Shown piece after piece: positions 61,620 through 64,000 of a DNA stretch of 64,000 bases. The position numbers and the translations under genes are program-made. The notes under the pieces are model-generated. The model saw only the letters and a list, made by a program, of their open reading frames with translations, did no database searches and was not told the DNA's origin. Source of the stretch: Lama guanicoe (lineage: Eukaryota); the NCBI GenBank assembly GCA_013239625.1, contig MU053881.1, forward strand, positions 930,001 to 994,000, given 5' to 3'. The first letter of the stretch is position 1. Each line of letters opens with the position of its first letter.

Positions 61620-61880
61620 GGGGTCAGCAGACCTGGTCAGCCAGTTATTAGCTGTCTGACCCTGAAAGAGTCATGTAATCTCATTGAGTCTCAGTTTCCC
61701 AGTCTGTAAAATGGGAATAATGACATTGTGTTCTCCAGCTTTACCTTCATCATCTTATTTTTATTCCTTGACCATTTTGTAAAATAGGTAATGTTGTTCC
61801 ATTTTACACGTAAAAACACTGAGGCCAAAAGAGGTCAACTAGCTTGGAAGTGACGAGGCAGAGATTTGATCTAGAATCCT
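61620..61880. mobile_element. Two MIR fragments in opposite orientation
   Basis: GAGTCTCAGTTTCCCAGTCTGTAAAATGGGAATAAT and CCATTTTACACGTAAAAACACTGAGGC. Confidence 0.6.
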
Positions 61881-62738
61881 CACACAGGTCTCAGTTGGGC
61901 CCAGTTCACTCTTCCCTTCGGCCTGGGGGATTCAGGGATGATGTAGCCAGGTTGGCCTCTGAGCAATGCCCTCTGCTTACTAGGGTGTCCCCCTGGGGGA
62001 CAGGGGCAGGCTAAGCCCCCAGAGCCTGACCCAGCTCACAGTCGGGTGTTCTTGCACTGGGACCAGTGTGTCCTTTGGGGCCAAGGTGAGGAACCAAGTG
62101 TTTGCCAGGGGCCTTGTGCTCAGGCCTGCCTTGTGCCCTGCGGGGCCTTCTGGCTTTTAGCATCTCTATCCTAGCTCTGTACAGAGGCAGAGTTTCCTCC
62201 AGAGTCCAGGCAATAACACTTTATCTGTCTGCTGGCCTGCTGTTCCCAGACTGCTTCTGAATTAAGTTTTATGTATGAAGACTTTTCAGTAATATTATTG
62301 TGTTTATTTGGCTCTCAGCTCTGAAGTGCATTTTTGGGTGCGCATGTCACTCCCCCAGAACCGGAGCCTCCTTTGTAAAGGGATTTACTGTAAGTTCGAG
62401 AAACGTTTGCTTAAGCCTACCGTGCTAAAAGGCCTGTGCTTGGTGCTAGAGACACAGAAAGTAGAGGGTCTGCCCTGTCCTCAGGCAGGTCACAGTCAGG
62501 AAAGGAGGACAAAACCCTGACCAAAAACAGCATTTCAAAGGCAGCGTCAGTGGGGCCTGTAGGAGGGTTTATTATTATTATTATTATTACCTTTAGTTTT
62601 ACTTTATGTTCATTATTAAAAGTTATTTTTGCAGCATGAAAAACACACGCTCACTGTAAACCAAAAACATCAAATAGTGAAGAAAAGCTCAAGGGAGAAG
62701 ACAAAACACATGAAAGCCTACTATTTTGACAAAACCAC

Positions 62739-63165
62739 CGTGGGAGGCAGGATAACAGCCCCCGAAGGCCCCACGTCCAAGTCCCCGGGACCTGTGGGCA
62801 CGTTCTGCTATGTGACGAGGGGGAATCCGTTGCAGGTGGAAGTGAGGTTCTAATCAGCAGAGTTCACGATCAGGAGACTCTCCCGGGTGGTCCAGGACCC
62901 CAGGGTGATCACAAGTTATCCTAAACATGGAAGAGGGAGGCGGAGGAGGAGACCAGAGTGAGAGAGAGAGAAAGCTGAAGATGCTCTGAGGGTGGAGGAA
63001 GGGGCCGAGGCATGTGGTGGCCGCTAGAAGCTGGAGAAGGCAAAGCAGCAGTCTCTCTCCCAGAACTCTCGGTCTCAGCCCAGGGGGACCCACATTGGAC
63101 CTCTGACCGCTGGAACTGCAGGATAGTACGTGCGTTTGCATTAGTTGTTACGGAGTCCAAAGAAG
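62739..63165 (+). mobile_element. MLT1D-like LTR
   Basis: GGCAGGATAACAGCCCCC...CTAGAAGCTGGAGAAGGCAA...GACCTCTGACCGCTGGAACTG. Confidence 0.7.
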
Positions 63166-63609
63166 TGAGTACGGCCGTGACTGGGATTTTGGGGACCATT
63201 TGCCATCTTTTTACATGGATGTATTTTTTCTTTTTGTAAATGGGATTCATATCATGCACGTTATTTTTATAATTTATTTTCGGTAACTTTTTCTTCTTTC
63301 TGCCTTCCTGAGCGCCCACTTCACTTATTGTCATGCTGTTCCATAACTGTGGAGCATTTGAAGGCTGTGAGTTTGCTTCTGGTGGCAGCTTTGGTCTCAT
63401 CTACTCGTTTTGTTATGCTGAATTTTCATTGTCACTTAAAAAAGTATTTGCGCTTTTGATTCCAAGAACCTGAGTTATTTAGGGGAAAGTTTAAAACCCT
63501 GCCAAGGTTTTAGGCTGTTTTGGGTGTTAGGTTTTTCCTTGTTCCTTTGATGTTACTTCCTAGTACAGCCCAAATGTTTTTAGACCTCAGTGACTGTGGA
63601 TGTATTTCT

Positions 63610-64000
63610 TTTTTATTTCTTTTTATTTTTATTCATTTTTTAGTGAAGTATAGTCAGTTACAATGTGTCAATTTCTGGTGTACAGTGTATGCTTCATACA
63701 TATACATACATGCATTCCTTTTCATATTCTTTTTCATTATAGGTTGTTACAAGATATTGAATATGGTTCCTTGTGCTGTACAGAAAAAATGTGTTTTTTT
63801 AATCTATCTTTATATATATTGGTTGACACTTGCAAGTCTCAAACTCCCAAAATTATCTCTTCCCACCCCCTTTCCCTGGTAACCATAAGACTGTTTACTA
63901 TGTCTGCAAGTCTGTTTCTTTTATAGATGAGTTCACTAGTGTCCTCTTTTTTCTTTTCTTTTTTTTAAGATTCCACATATGAGTGATGTCATATGGTATT
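63610..64000 (-). mobile_element. Lineage-specific L1 3' end (runs off window)
   Basis: Same family as 29798-30190: GTATAGTCAGTTACAATGTGTCAATTTCTGGTGTACAG. Confidence 0.8.

Larger units (their letters stand above)
25761..64000 (+). other. ADAMTS2: ADAMTS2 intron 2 (partial, more than 38 kb)
   Basis: Starts GTGAGT. The expected exon 3 peptide (AGLIRMEEEEFFIEP-like) is not seen in the ORF track or by eye, and the region is filled with repeats. Confidence 0.85.

Noticed and set aside
1..64000. CRISPR array, operon or prokaryotic defence system
   Set aside because: The sequence is mammalian, with spliceosomal introns and SINE/LINE/LTR repeats. No regularly spaced repeat-spacer array was seen.

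Overview
Mammalian genomic DNA, GC-rich and repeat-dense, not prokaryotic. Three tRNA-Ala-derived Vic-1-type SINEs point to a camelid (camel/alpaca/llama). The only protein-coding gene I can support is the 5' end of ADAMTS2 (procollagen N-proteinase) on the + strand. It comprises a CpG-island promoter (~23.6-25.8 kb), coding exon 1 (ATG partly hidden in a 162-N gap; ends 24351), a 395-bp exon 2 (25366-25760) and a long intron 2 that runs off the window. The rest is upstream and intronic DNA filled with LTRs (ERV1-like solo LTRs, MER41-like LTRs, MaLR/MLT1), L1/L2/MIR fragments, DNA-transposon relics and simple repeats. Almost all ORF-track entries are noise. I found no convincing new multi-gene system. 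The best leads are regulatory: a compact GRE + C/EBP + FOX enhancer candidate about 10 kb upstream; a possible GGC-repeat poly-Gly upstream ORF in the promoter island; two same-family, motif-rich solo LTRs bracketing exons 1-2; and a clean twin-primed L1 insertion. Repeat family names come from recalled consensus sequences, and repeat boundaries are approximate unless a target-site duplication (TSD) is given.
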